A stretch of DNA of 63,690 nucleotides, counting the filler, from Dicyema japonicum (lineage: Eukaryota > Animalia > Dicyemida): NCBI GenBank assembly GCA_011109175.1. It is 12 parts of 12 records of this genome, joined end to end, with 100 filler letters (N's around TTAATTAATTAA, not from the genome) between each part and the next. Parts side by side here need not be neighbours in the genome. Positions count along the whole stretch, not along the records: positions 22,296 to 46,618 come from RDEW01000175.1; positions 46,719 to 50,781 come from RDEW01000008.1; 10 more parts are not named here. The stretch is one strand, 5' to 3'. Below the pieces are notes generated by a model. It had not been told where the DNA came from. It ran no database searches and saw only the letters and a program-made list of their open reading frames with translations. The position numbers were made by a program, and so were the translations under genes. This document shows, in pieces, positions 35,900-48,855 of this stretch. The stretch's first letter is position 1. Each line of letters begins with the position of its first letter.

Positions 35900-37670
35900 T
35901 GTAGGAATTGACCATAATTCGCGATATTAATTAATTTATGCTAGTTCTTAACGCAATTATGTTCATAAAAATTAATATATATATTAATAGAAAATTCTCT
36001 CATATCTCATACATATCGTATCGGTCTGAAATAATTTTGTATTAATAAATAATCTTCTCCATCTGGTCGCTACTTCCTCTATTCACAAAGTGATTCAGGT
36101 AGGCAATCCCGCCTCTTTCCTTTCGAGGTGCTGACAGGCATTGGCGACGTTGAAGTCACACTTATTTGATGATAAATCTCGTTTATTCTATTATATTAAT
36201 ACTATTAAAGAGTTCAAGTATTAACTATAGTCGCCGATCAATCATAATGATATAATCAATAATTGCTAAATTATATTGTTTGAATATAATTTGATAACTC
36301 TGTTCTTTATTAGGAACTACTTTACTCGATAGTTTGAATAGTCATTAATATATATAGTCACCATTATTATATATTTGAAATTTTCGAACTAAATTATAAC
36401 TGTGTCATAAGTTAATGTATTTTACGTGTGTAACTTTAAGTATATTTAATCCATAACTCATAATTATTTGAATATTATTTTTGCTTCAACAAAATATTTT
36501 GAATAAACACAAAAATAATAATTCGAGGAAACCATTACTGATTTCATTCGATTTTTATAAATCGGATAAACAAATAAAATGTGTAATATTGCATTTGATA
36601 TCGACCACACAAACCAACAAAATTCATCACACAAATATTGCATTTTTGACTGTTTTTTGTAAAATTAATATTATTTGACGATTATTTTCTGCTAGATAAT
36701 TTATAAATTAATAATTAAATCTTCAAATAGACTTAACCCATTTAAATAAATTTCTAATAGACACAAAAATAATTTTAACTGACAACGGCAATTTGAATAA
36801 TAGGTTGTTCGCTACCTGGAACTTGTCATAAAAATCAATAAATTAAAAACTCAATTCTAGTCGAGATGGTATTTAAAGAAACATATTTCTGTAAATGTTT
36901 AAGTTGCTAAAAATCGGCTTATTTTTGAATTGAAATATACAAAAATACTTTGTTTTGATAAAATTATCTTTTGATCGATAATTAGATAAATTTTTATTTT
37001 TATATTGATTTTAAAATTGTGGAATAGGTTACTTTGCCACTTTAATTAAATGATTTAATATACAAATGAACCACGAATCAATCAATTACCTTAATTTCAT
37101 GTAATTTAAACTCAATGAAAACATTTGTTTCTAAATTGATGGAATCTATTTATAATTCCTGCATAAATAGTTTCGATCCCAACACAATTTATGACAATTG
37201 TACAATGCACCGAAATTGGTGGTTATTTCAACATGTTGTAGATAATTTAAGCCACAAAATAGTCACATTACCACCAAAAACTAGCAGCTCTACATACCAG
37301 CATCCAAAGCCACAGCGCTCAAGCGCATATAATCGTGAAATATTGATTTAACGGCGAAATACGCTGCTTTCTTGCTGATATATGAATACATTATATTACA
37401 AAAATACATACGCTGTTTGGTAGGTTGTTTATCCTTTTTGTATATACACTACGCGTTATGGGTTTAAGTTAGTTAGTATACGGCGATGCATTGTGTTTAA
37501 GTGAGCTATTATAATGGCTATGTATGACGATATGTTGTATTAATATATTCTGGCTACGTTTTGGTGCTGGTAAAAGAATAGTAATTAGGTCGAGTAAGTC
37601 AGGAATGATATTGTATTAAGAGATTAAGCACTAATTAATGAATATTCTCATTCTTTTTTAGGTTTACAAA

Positions 37671-40337
37671 ATGGAAAATAACAACTCCAAGAGTAGTAAC
37701 GATTCTAAATGTCACTCAGATTGTGATTCAGAAAAACCAAGTCAACTAAAAACCAATCGCTCTAATTCCAATTTTATCAGCCGAGAGAAACCTGATTCTA
37801 TGCACGAATCTCCTGTAGTTAAAAATGAAAATCAAAAAACACCAAAAAATGATAAATTCAGTGTCTCTGATCTTGTCAACGAATCTGACCAAACCTTCAC
37901 AATTTCTCATTGGCAGAGATCATAAAATTATACCTTAAAGACAAAACTGTTCTTCATGATATATCCTCATATGTTACAAAGCTCGATCAAAGCCAAATTG
38001 ATCACGTGCTTATAGAAATGAAGCCTTTGAAGGTGCCGCCGGATACCTTCATCAAAGATTTCGAAAATAAAAAAGAATTTAACTCTCTCGAGTATTCTCC
38101 AAATACATTTCCTCATGTTGCATATGCTGTGGAATTCCCTCTGAGGAACGGGGACCACATTTATGAGTATCAAGTCGAGACCAATGCCGTTTGGTTCATC
38201 AGAGTCCTCGAAATAAAATATCCGCTGATCAAAGCTCAGTTTTTGGGAGACCAAAAAACGTTTTCCATCAAAATTGACTCACCGAAAATCAAACAACTTT
38301 ACCATGGTGGAAAAAACGGGCTACTTTATCGATATCCTCCTTCATGGAAGGAAAAGACATGCAAGGAGAGATTGCACAGACTTTGACGAATTGCTATTCC
38401 TTTAAAGATGAATTCCTTATAAAAGTATTTCCCTCGCATTAATCTTAGAAAAATATATTCACGTGGAGCTCTCAGGGTCTTGTGGAAAAGTACATGGAGG
38501 TAAGGCACAAGAGAAGGCACGTGTCTTTGGTTTGGTTCGCACAGATCATAAAAAACGTTGGAGGATATTTATTCCTGAAATGGATAAGTCCGGAAGTGAA
38601 TTTCCCTGAATTTTGGATTTTTTGTACTTCGCAGAGACTTTGCCCTGTTGGGTATGGTGCTCAGAATAATATTGAATATGGACTCCCCGAAGTTGAAGGT
38701 ATGTTGACGGAATACTTATTTTTGGAGGAGTCAAAGCGTTTGAGATTTCTTTGGGGTTTTTATTTGTGTTTTCTTTATTTTTGAATACAGAAGTGTTTTC
38801 CGTGCCAGCATTTTTGTTTGAGGTAACCGAGACGTCTAACGTGGTTTAGGTGCCCTTTGAAATGACCGTTCATAAACTGAAGGTTGGAATGGCAGTGGAG
38901 GCTTTGGATTTGAAGACTAGACAGATCCTATTTCCAGCAAAAGTAAGCGAAATAATCGACAACACGTTCATTAAAATCGATTCAATCGAATCTGGTGCAA
39001 AAATTGAGTCCCTTTATTCTCTTTCCGATGGAATCTTCCCCGTTGGGTTTTCTCTGAGCCAAACTGGCTCTTACGTTGTCTGATGGTTGTGTTTGGTGGT
39101 CTTATGTTAAAGGGACCAGTAAACTTTTTCGTTGGAGTAAACATAGAGGGATAGGAAAGGGACTTGAACAAGCTCCAAAATCGTTCACAAGAACAGTAAA
39201 TATTAATTAAAAACTATTTTTATCAGTTCAAAAAAAAGCCTGGATTCGAACCCGGGAATGAAGCTTCAAGTGATCAATCCTACGAATAATCAAAGTGTCT
39301 GCCCAGCCACAATCCTCAAAGTTGCTGGACATTTGATCTTTGTCAAAATAAACGAGGAATCGCCTTTGATCTATTCAGTCCTCAAGTCCTCCCCTTTGGC
39401 TGGGCTGAATCAAACGATTATCCACTCAGTCAGCCACAATTGCCCCGACTATGTGAACAAGACAGAAGTATACTATTGAAGGCCCTTCTATCACATATGT
39501 TGGACGACCATGTGGAAATTAGGAGACTTGAGGACCTTTGGAGTCCTGAGATCTTCATCAATGCTCAGTGCTACTCAGGGAAGTACCTGTATGTGTCAGA
39601 AATACTTCGGATTCCTAAAATAATTGGACCTGGGCCAATTTCTCTGGTCCTTAAGTCACTATATGAGTATATTCTTGGATGTACATCAAATTTTAAACGT
39701 GTAAATGAAATGTTAAGTGTTTTCGAAGATTTAACCAGTTCGATAAAGATATCCGTAAAAAAGTATTTATTATTATATTTTTATATTTATAATTGAATTT
39801 ATGTAATTAATAAATAGTAAATTCGACAGTTTTCTCAAGTTTGAGGTCTGTGACTCTGTGGGACAACTAAGCCACTTTCTACTCAAATTATGTCTAAAAT
39901 TAAAAGCTTGTCCGAATTTAATATCCCTCGCCAATTTATCAGGAAACCCTTGTTTAATATGTATATTTAAATATATTAAATTAACAAGGCAACTCCAAAA
40001 TTCCAAAATCTAACAACGTAAAAAAGATTTCTCAATTCCTGAGATCTGCTCCAAATCTAAGAGAAAAATCGAATGTAGTCAAACTCGGTCACTTTCTGAG
40101 GGAAATACCAATTCCCTGCCAAAAGATGCACGGGACTGGTCCTGTGATGATTTGATAACGTACATCGACTCTACGGAATGCCGGAACGTGACCTCCGTGC
40201 TGAGAGCCATGCAATTTGACGGACAGTCGTTCCTCTTATTGGACAAGCGAACGTTGAAGGATTACCTGTTACTCAAGGACACAATTTCTGACGCCCTGCT
40301 GAGGATTATCAACGAACTGAGAAATTCCTACCATTAA
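37671..40337 (+). CDS. SFMBT: SFMBT-type Polycomb protein (MBT repeats, SLED and SAM), spliced and frameshifted
   Basis: MBT motifs WFAQIIKNVGGYL...EFWIF...RLCPVGY, LKVGMAVEALD...FPAKV and FEPGMKLQVINP...CPATI. SLED-like IPKIIGPGPISLVL and KLKACPNL. SAM WSCDDLITYIDSTEC...FDGQSFLLL. Confidence 0.85.
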
Positions 40338-40495
40338 GACAACCTTTTATATTTATTTATATTTTGACCAATTTTCTTTATATACAAAGATGCATTGAAT
40401 TGTTATATAATCATAGTTCTTGTCAAAATCATCAACATACTTTCGATAGCTTACTTTGAGGACTATTGGGAGTTTTATTCAGAAGGAGTAGGTGT

Positions 40496-40984
40496 CTAAC
40501 ACACAGTGGTAGTTTCAGTGTTCAATTCTGGGCAGATATGTCCTTGTGAGCAAGTAAGACAGGACAGAACTATATTTTTCCTCAGATAAAACAACTTTAA
40601 AAAATTTGAACAGTCGGAAAAAAACATTATTTTAAATGTAGGAAATTGAGGCAAAAAGAAATGCTTCGATGAACTAATTTCAGCAGGAAATAGGTTTATG
40701 GACATTTGGGGAGAACTACTAGTCTCATTTTCGACACGTGTTAATCAGACTTACAGGCTTATGTGAATAGAAACGTTGAGATGATTAGTGAGGCATTGAT
40801 AATTTTGTTCACTTAGACACAAGTACGTGGAATGACGATTTCTTCTCGAAACAGCATGACAAAGTTTGATATATTTCTGGTAGATATGATAAAAACACAC
40901 CACACATTCGAACAGGGGGATGTTGCTTATATTTTTACAAGTGACGATTCCAATGACAATAAATGACTCGTCATTGACTACCAA
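40496..40984 (-). pseudogene. Possible SIAH-like RING E3 ligase remnant
   Basis: LFECVVCF, and YLPEIYQ in an adjacent frame (cf. LFECPVCFDYVLPPILQC), plus CSQGHIC. No continuous frame. Confidence 0.25.
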
Positions 40985-41199
40985 TTATTTGTCGAGGCTT
41001 TCTCTCACTTGTTTTCACTTCACTTCTCTCTTCCATCCTACGCTCTGCGAATCCTGTCATTTTTCAAGTTCGCAAGAACGGAATTCACTGCTTTTTTGCA
41101 ACTGTTTCTGTTATCTTAAATGTGTGAAGATACGTAAATAATATTAAATTTGTGAAACTTAATTGATAAATTATGTGTGAGTGAAGTCATTTTAAACGA

Positions 41200-41660
41200 G
41201 TTGAACTTATGGACAAATCCAGACAGTTTTATACATAATCTAATTGCAGTGGTCAGTGAAATTTCTGGACTTAAACGAATACGGTATTAGTTAAAAACCA
41301 GATTTTTTAGAGAGAAATATGATCAAAATGGAATGAGATATGAGATATTCAAAAATAATTTCGATATAATTACTACACACAACAAATTATATGAAACCTG
41401 AAAAGTGTCTTATAAAATGGGAATTAACCGATTTACGACACGTTTGGAGAATTGTCTCACTCAAATGGACTTATGGAGAAGCGATAACGCGTGACACTGA
41501 CTTGAAACTTCCGCCTTGAAAAATAACGATCGACAGTATATCTTAAATGGTCTGATTATAACGTGGATCTTCCTACTGCTATTGATTGGCGTACAAAACA
41601 GGTTTTGATACTTGTGAAAGATCGGGGAAATTGTAAGTTATGCATTCAGTGCGGTTTGAA
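41200..41660 (+). pseudogene. Cathepsin L-like papain-family protease, N-terminal half only
   Basis: ERFNIN-type prodomain RYEIFKNNFDIITTHN and SYKMGINRFT; mature start LPTAIDWRTK..VKDRGNC, then AFSAV in a shifted frame. There are stops and no C-terminal catalytic His/Asn region. Confidence 0.7.
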
Positions 41661-41840
41661 CTCGATTACTTAAAGGCAGAGGTAGCCAACCAGTCGATTA
41701 ATCGCAAGAGAATTACAATGCCAAAAATCCCATTAACTTTTTTAAAATTCCTATCCTTTGTTAAGATTGTGTTTAGAATCGAAAATTATCGTTCCACTGC
41801 GCACGATGTAGCCTGACATTCAATCAACAACGAATAATCC

Positions 41841-42073
41841 TGAACGGCCTATAAAGCCAACTGCCTTCGAAACGCTAGTAAGAAGAGCGGGCTCTGTGTT
41901 TTACGGTAAAACATGCTGGCAACAGCCCAGGCCCTTGGATCCTTGCCCATTCAGAAGATGCGTCGGATCCACGGCCGAACACAGAGAGAGGATGCGTAAT
42001 CTCATCGGCAATGTCGGATCACCTAATTAATCTTGTTTTTGCCTGACGGTGCTCTTGTTTAAATAAATAAATA
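41841..42073 (+). mobile_element. 233-bp retroposed insertion with (TAAA)n tail and 15-bp target-site duplication
   Basis: aacaacgaataatcc is present at 41826-41840 and 42074-42088; the insertion ends tttaaataaataaata. Confidence 0.75.
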
Positions 42074-42209
42074 AACAACGAATAATCCGAAGGTGAAATG
42101 ATCATCGAAATCATTATGTTTGTGAGTTATTATTAATAACTAACTTAACTTAGAAAAAGAGTTAAAAATATGCAGAATTAGATCAAAAAACGAAAGTATT
42201 AAAAAAAAT

Positions 42210-42811
42210 CTACTCGTCATTGGCCATTTCAGCAATGGGGTTTGCATGTATAGTGACAGAGAGAATAGAAATATCATCCAAAGGACGGTGTGTCTTCTCT
42301 TCGACGTCCACCTGCTCCATCTGTTGGAGAGTGTCGAATCCGTCGATCAGTCTCAAAATTGCTTCAAATGCCATACTTCCAAACACGCTGTATTTCATAT
42401 CTAAAGATGTTTGTTTGGAATAGGTTATGAAGAATTGAGATTTGTTGGTATTCGACCACTGTTGGCCATGGACAGCACTCCACGGGAGGCATGCTTCAGA
42501 GTCCTCTTAAATTCGTCCTCGATAGGACTCCCCCAGAATGCTCTGACCGCCTTTCCAGTCCCTTTCTTGTGGGTTCCATTAAGTGAACCTGAAGGGTCGC
42601 CACCTTGAATAATGAAACCCTTTATGTTTCTGTGGAATATGCAGTGGTTGTAATATTCAGAGGCGCAGAGAGCCAGGAAGTTCTACAATTTTAATATTTT
42701 CAACGTGCATAGTTTTTGGGACAATCTTCACAGAAAAGTTCGAATTTCAGGTCTCCGAGTGATGTATGGAGGGTAAACGACTGTTATAATTAATGCACCA
42801 CAGCAAACCAT
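42210..42811 (-). CDS. PPIL3: Cyclophilin PPIL3
   Basis: M|SFTLHTSLGDLKFELFCEDCPK, NFLALCASEYYNHCIFHRNIKGFIIQGGDPS|GTG, RGVLSMANSG, SQFFITYSKQTSLDMKYSVFG and KTHRPLDDI...TIHANPIA. Introns of 28, 22 and 27 nt plus a fourth; homopolymer indels. Confidence 0.9.
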
Positions 42812-43258
42812 TTAAAATAAAAATTTTTATATTAGAAAAAAAATATACATTTAAATAAGACCAATCAGAAATGCAAATTAGCTATTTTAAAGAATTAATA
42901 AATCATATTGTCCTTAGCTTACATACAAGGACATCTCTCCCAGGATCTTCTGACTCAATGTCAGCGAAATCAAAAGACAGGTAACGGTCAGCCTAATACT
43001 TCCGGATATGTGGTTACTATCTCCTGTTGGATAAGGAAAATTCTGCGGTCTTTATATGATATCACAAATTACTTATAGATAACAGTTTTTAAGCAATTTT
43101 CGTATAAACTTAGTCAGACAATTCGTCAAATACAATGTAAATCTTAAAAACACCACATCGTCCTATTCATTTCCCTATTATTATTAAAATTATTTACTTA
43201 TCATTTATTTAGAATATAATCAATTTTGAGTAGTATTCCAAAAAAAATATATAAATAA

Positions 43259-46075
43259 ATGCCACACAGCAATGGAATGGAAGGCCTAATAACAGTTATC
43301 GACAAAATACAAATGCCTTTACATTTTCTTCCCTGCCCTGCAACCTCGACCTCCCTCAAATTGTTGTCGTCGGCTGCCAAAGTGCAGGCAAAAGCAGCGT
43401 ATTAAAATTTTGTTGGAAGGTTTAGTACAAAAAATCACATTTTTAGAGATTTTCTGCCCCGGGGGACTGGAATTGTGACCCGAAGACTCTGGTTCTTCAG
43501 CTGATCAACTCCGATGAAGGTTGTACATGTCATAATGTATAGAATATGGCGAATTTTTGCACAATTCATCCAAATACTACAACTTTAACGAAATCCGAAG
43601 TGAAATTCAAGCAGAAACAACGAGATCTTGTGGAGCCAACAAAGAAGTATCGGACGTTCCAATAAACCTAAAAATATTTTCCCCCAACGGTAAAAACATC
43701 AAAAATAAACATTTTTAGTGATTGATTTGACTTTGGTCGACCTTCCAGGACTCACCAAAATTGCCGTGGCGGACAAAACCACGAAATCATTGAGGTAATA
43801 AGGAAAATGGTCCTCAAATTTATCGAAAACCCGAACAGTCTTATTTTGGCTGTCACTCCTGCCACAACTGATTTGGCCAACTCTGACGCCTTGCAAATCG
43901 CAAAGGAAGTGGACCCTCGGAACCCGCACTATTGGGTCATTACTAAGCTTGACATGATGGACACGGAAACCAATGCGCGGGAAATATTGGAAAATAAACT
44001 CGCGCCTTTGAAAAGAGGTTAGTAACGTGATTTATTTCAGGCTATGTCGGGGTGGTCAATCGTAGTCAGCAAGATATCGAACAAAATATTTCGATTGCTG
44101 TCGCCCACAAAAAAGAACGTCACTTTTTTGACAACCATCCTGCATATAAGTATTAATACTAGATGATACTACTATTAGGCATATGACTGATCGAATGGGA
44201 ACAGAATTTTTACAAAAAACGTTAAATCAGCAACTTTTGCAACACATTTTTACTGTGCTTCCTTCGCTGCGACAAAAAATATCTGAAAACCTCAGTGTTT
44301 TGGAATTGCAAGTAAAGGAAATTGAATCAAGAGGAGGGTCAATGTCCCACAAGTTACTGATTTGGTTAATTTGGTTTATTTTTATATTAATAGCGCAATC
44401 GAGGAGTTTTCTACTGTTTTGTCCGACAACATAATGTCTACAAATACGACTGCATTGCTTAATGCTCAAAGATTATCGATTGGAGCTACAATAAATCGAT
44501 GCTTTTTTAAAACCCTTCCAACAAATTACAAAAAAGTTATTATTTTATTTTAAACAGATATTTGATGAAAATAGTAATCAAATTCTCCAAAATATACGTC
44601 TAGCTATTCAAAACGTGCATGGCGTCAAGTTAGTTATTTAATGTCTACTCAGAACTGGACTTCATACACCAGATTTGGCATTTGAAATGATCGTCAAAAT
44701 GGATTTCGAAAAAAGCGCAATTCCTATCAAATCCTGTCTGGAGGAAGTCTACAACTTCACCAGTCTCGCAATCGAGGAAGCTCAAAAAACGTTTGTAAAA
44801 AAATTATTTCGTTTAGTTTGAGGAATTTCCATATTTGCAGACCGCAGTGCATGGATTGATTTTAAATGCACTTAAAATGTACCACCAAGAGACGCTAAAT
44901 CAAATTGAGCTCAATATAGATTTCCATTTGAATTATATCAACACAAACCATCCTGATTTTATCGGGGTTCCCACGTATTTTTGTATTTTTTTAAATTTCA
45001 GACAAAAAAATAAACGAGAAGAACGTACAGGACCGGTGTGTTTAAATTATAATAAATTAGCTTACTCAAAAAAGGGGATACATCACAATAAGCAATTTAT
45101 TGACGACAAAAAATAAGGGACACGTTTATTATGCTGCATTGGTCACCGAAACCTCGTCTTATACAAGGATGAAGATGTCAATTTTATATTTCATTTTGAT
45201 TAGGAAAAAGACAAAAAACTGTCGATTTCTGCCACCAAACTTCGTTATCAAATTCCTGAAGATTTTAGCACAAGTTTCACAATTTGTCTTGTTGGATATG
45301 AAGTCAAGTTCATAGGTGTTACATTATTTTAGGGGATCTATATTTAAGGACTTAAAAATCCTTCATTTCCAGTGTTCTAGTTTTAGTGAATGCAACGATT
45401 GGTTGGTTGCTCTCATCGAAATCGGACTGAGGCCCCTCGATCCAGCGAATCAAGTCGAATTAAATATTTTGCTATTTCTAGAATTCGTATGATTTGGAAA
45501 GAGGTGTAAATGACGTCAAAGAGTGTGTGGAGTCATATAATATAGTTTATGAAAAAATTATTCTCGACATTATTCCAAAAATTATTTTCTATTGCTTTCT
45601 TAACAAAGTCTAAATATTTGTAATTTCTAGATTGTCAAGTATTGCAAGAAAGGTTTAATTGCTGAATTATATTCCCAATGGCCGATTGTATATCAAATAA
45701 ATATATTATTAATAGGAAGAACTGCTAAAACAATCTCCAGAAAAACTTGCCAATGATCAAGAAATCCTCAAACTCTACCAGGCCACCAAAGAAGCTGGTG
45801 AATATATCAAAAATGTTCACAACGAAGTCGCAAAAAATCAAATTAAATCTCCGACTTTTCAGTCACTGTTAACTTTTGTGAATTTATAGAAATTCGAATA
45901 ATCTAGTTTCTTTTGATCAATCTCAAAATCCGCCTAAAGAGCCATTATTCACTTTAGATCAGCAGGAAAACAATATTCCGTTTTTTAATTTTTTGTTAAT
46001 TTTTTAGAAATCCAATTCCACTGCCTCCGTAAGATTATTTTGTTTTAATTAGTTAGTCGGCCCAACAGAAAATGA
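43259..46075 (+). CDS. DNM: Classical dynamin (GTPase, middle, PH, GED); end approximate
   Basis: [60 protein letters not shown] and [12 protein letters not shown]-like LYKDED|EKDKK...[13 protein letters not shown]-like [15 protein letters not shown]. Many 22-29-nt introns and 1-nt indels. Confidence 0.9.
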
Positions 46076-46739
46076 ATTTTTCATTAATAATAAATTATAC
46101 TAACTCTAACTAATCATTTTTATTTGGTTTTGATATTTTCAGTATTGCTTTTGATTTTTTCCGTTGACTTTTTTTGGCATTTTTTTGGAGAAGACGCAAT
46201 GTCTTTTTACGGAGAGTTCCCTCAATAAAAAATGGCATCCAAACAATGATAGAATAGCTAATGTAAATTTTCCATAATTAGCAAGCTGTGTAACATATCT
46301 AGAAATGGTTTTCCCTTTCCCAAATGACTAGTCTCCAAGAATTATTATTTCTAGCAACTCCCGTAGAGACATTAATAGTTATATCCCCACACGTGCGGGC
46401 ACTTGAGACGATATCTTGACAATCCTTTTCCAGCTGTCACAGTTGGTGGCAAACTTTCAACTATTCACAGCATTGAGCTCGTAGCATTTACACAACACAA
46501 TGATTTGACGAGCGTGGATTAAAAATCCATATATAATTAGATTTTTTCGGAAAAGACATCTACACATGGTTCTACCTGTCCCCACTGAGAAGGTGGGTCA
46601 CTTATTGAGCATCAAGGANNNNNNNNNNNNNNNNNNNNNNNNNNNNNNNNNNNNNNNNNNNNTTAATTAATTAANNNNNNNNNNNNNNNNNNNNNNNNNN
46701 NNNNNNNNNNNNNNNNNNCAAAAAATTCAAAAAATCCCA

Positions 46740-47100
46740 AATAGAGATACGAAAAATTTTGACATAGACGATACATGATCACATCTCTACCAAAGACATT
46801 CGAAGATTACTTTAAAACAATATTCTAAATAGCCTTCCCCTATTAAAAAGATGAATAGCTAATTTTCTTTCCGGAAGAAGAGGACGTGTCTTTGTAGGCC
46901 ATACACGATAGAGGTCCCGTCTTCTACCAAATGGCGGCCATCAAGGATCGCCCATCTCTCCAGTCCTATTCAATTTATTCCTAAACGAACGGTTTAACAT
47001 GTCCTGGAGCAGAGGTCTCAATGAGGGGCGAATTGCCCCTTTTGGACGACTTTTTGTTTTGACAAGGAGGCGATGGTCCTCAAAGAGCTAATTGTCATAT
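46740..47100 (+). mobile_element. Non-LTR RT remnant
   Basis: GGHQGSPISPVLFNLFLN; flanks degraded. Confidence 0.5.
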
Positions 47101-47292
47101 GAAAAATTAAAGACAAATAAATATATGAGTCTTATATTATTTATTTCATTTGATAAAACGAAAGACTAGAGAGTAAATAGTTATTTAGAGGCAGTCCTGA
47201 CTTATTGGCTATATCCTCTCAGAATTGCGATTAAGATTTGGTCAAATAAGCTTAAGATAACATTATATTATAGTTCATTATTATTTTTATTA

Positions 47293-47509
47293 TTATTATT
47301 ATTATTAAACCAGAAAACCACAGCATATCCAAAATATACAAATTCAGGTGATTCCGGCCTCTTTACTACTACCTTTACTTGAATGTTGCTGATCTTGTCC
47401 GAATTCGTTACTGCAAAGTTAAATCACAAGACATTACATGCGTATTCTATTGTAGACTTGGTGAACTGTTTGTATATGGCATGCAGTCCAGGTTTAATAA
47501 TAATAATAA
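47293..47509. repeat. 217-bp segment bounded by a 19-bp perfect inverted repeat (TTA)5AACC ... GGTT(TAA)5
   Basis: 47293-47311 is the reverse complement of 47491-47509. Confidence 0.8.
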
Positions 47510-47797
47510 TTAAAATTCATTTAAAATTATAATCGTGATTTTTAATACTTCGTGATAAGTCTTTTTAATTAAGTTAGAACCTATAAAGAGGAATATCTCT
47601 TTTTTAAATTAATAAAAAAATTTTCAACGTTCTTCATAAACCGCTTTGTTTGAAATGTGGTACAGTATTTTCCAAAGAGGCGATGAAGCCATCGCGCGCA
47701 ATCGAACATTTTAAAATACCAACTCAATTAAAAAAAACAGAATTTTTTAAATTAAAAAAAAATTATGAAAATACGAACACTTTAATTTCAAAATTTG

Positions 47798-48330
47798 TTA
47801 TCTAATTGCGAATAATATTTTCTCAATTCTCCGAGAAATTGTATCGTTGTTTAGAAGTAAGTTTATAACATTTTTTTTAATTTCTGAAGAACAACATTTT
47901 TCAGTAAATATAAGGATAGCTTGCTTAATAAATTTACTATCTGAATACTGTTCATATTTTTTGCAAGTAGATAACAATTTTTTGAAAGAAGCTATTGAGG
48001 CGAATATTGATGACATGGACTGTTTAAACAAAGTGGTTTGTAGTTTGCGATTTGATTTCATAGATAGAAATTTGATTTTTTTGATTCACCTTGAAATGAA
48101 TCATATTCTAAAGAATGTTTTATATAATGCCTCTCGACATAATATAACTTAAGTCATCTTATAACAAAATGACAATCATTAAATGTGCATTGTCATATTC
48201 TTCAAAAACGAAAAATTGTTCTTCCCATTTGTGATTAAATGCACGATTTTCTTGAAGAAGTATTTAACTTCTATTAGAACGTTTTCCAATATCACAAGCA
48301 ATATTTATTAAAATTTTATACAAAAAATAT
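47798..48330 (-). mobile_element. hAT SPIN/Buster-type (GTF2IRD2-like) transposase, degenerate N-terminal half
   Basis: ENRAFNHKWEEQFFVF, SDSKFIKQAI and LNNDTISRRI; stops and frameshifts. Confidence 0.7.
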
Positions 48331-48763
48331 TTAATTTAAAAACAATAGTTAAATTATGTAAAATTTTTTAACCAATAAAAGTTTATTGTACAAAAATAAC
48401 CGAAAGAAAAATCAGAGTTAAAATAGCTGCATTATGTAAATTATGTAATATTTTTTTTGTAATTTTAAGTGGGCCGCAACAAAATCCCTTGAGACTTTCT
48501 GCACATAAAGATGCCAATTAGAAAACAGTTCATTTTANATTTAATACAAAAAATATTTAATTTAAAAACAATAGTTAAATTATGTAAAATTTTTTAACCA
48601 ATAAAAGTTTATTGAACAAAAATAACAGAAAGAAAAATCACAGTTAAAATAGCTGCATTATGTAAATTATGTAATATTTTTTTTGTAATTTTAAGTGGGC
48701 CGCAACAAAATCCGCTGAGAATTTCTGCTCATAAAGATGCCAATTAGAAAACAGTTCATTTTA
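48319..48763. repeat. Two-copy direct repeat (about 220 bp, 226-bp period) with single N at junction
   Basis: 48319-48537 versus 48545-48763, several substitutions, N at 48538. Contains gtgggccgca, a hAT subterminal-like motif. Confidence 0.9.
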
Positions 48764-48855
48764 CAACTAAACACTGCACCAAAATTTTAGAATTCTGGAA
48801 CGATTCTAAATTATTGCTATTCTCAAAATAACTCTTCAGTTTCAAACTGATGTGG

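Noticed and set aside
39242-39254. Reverse-strand B-box-like GGTTCGAATCC
   Set aside because: It is coding sequence (GFEPG) of the SFMBT MBT repeat.
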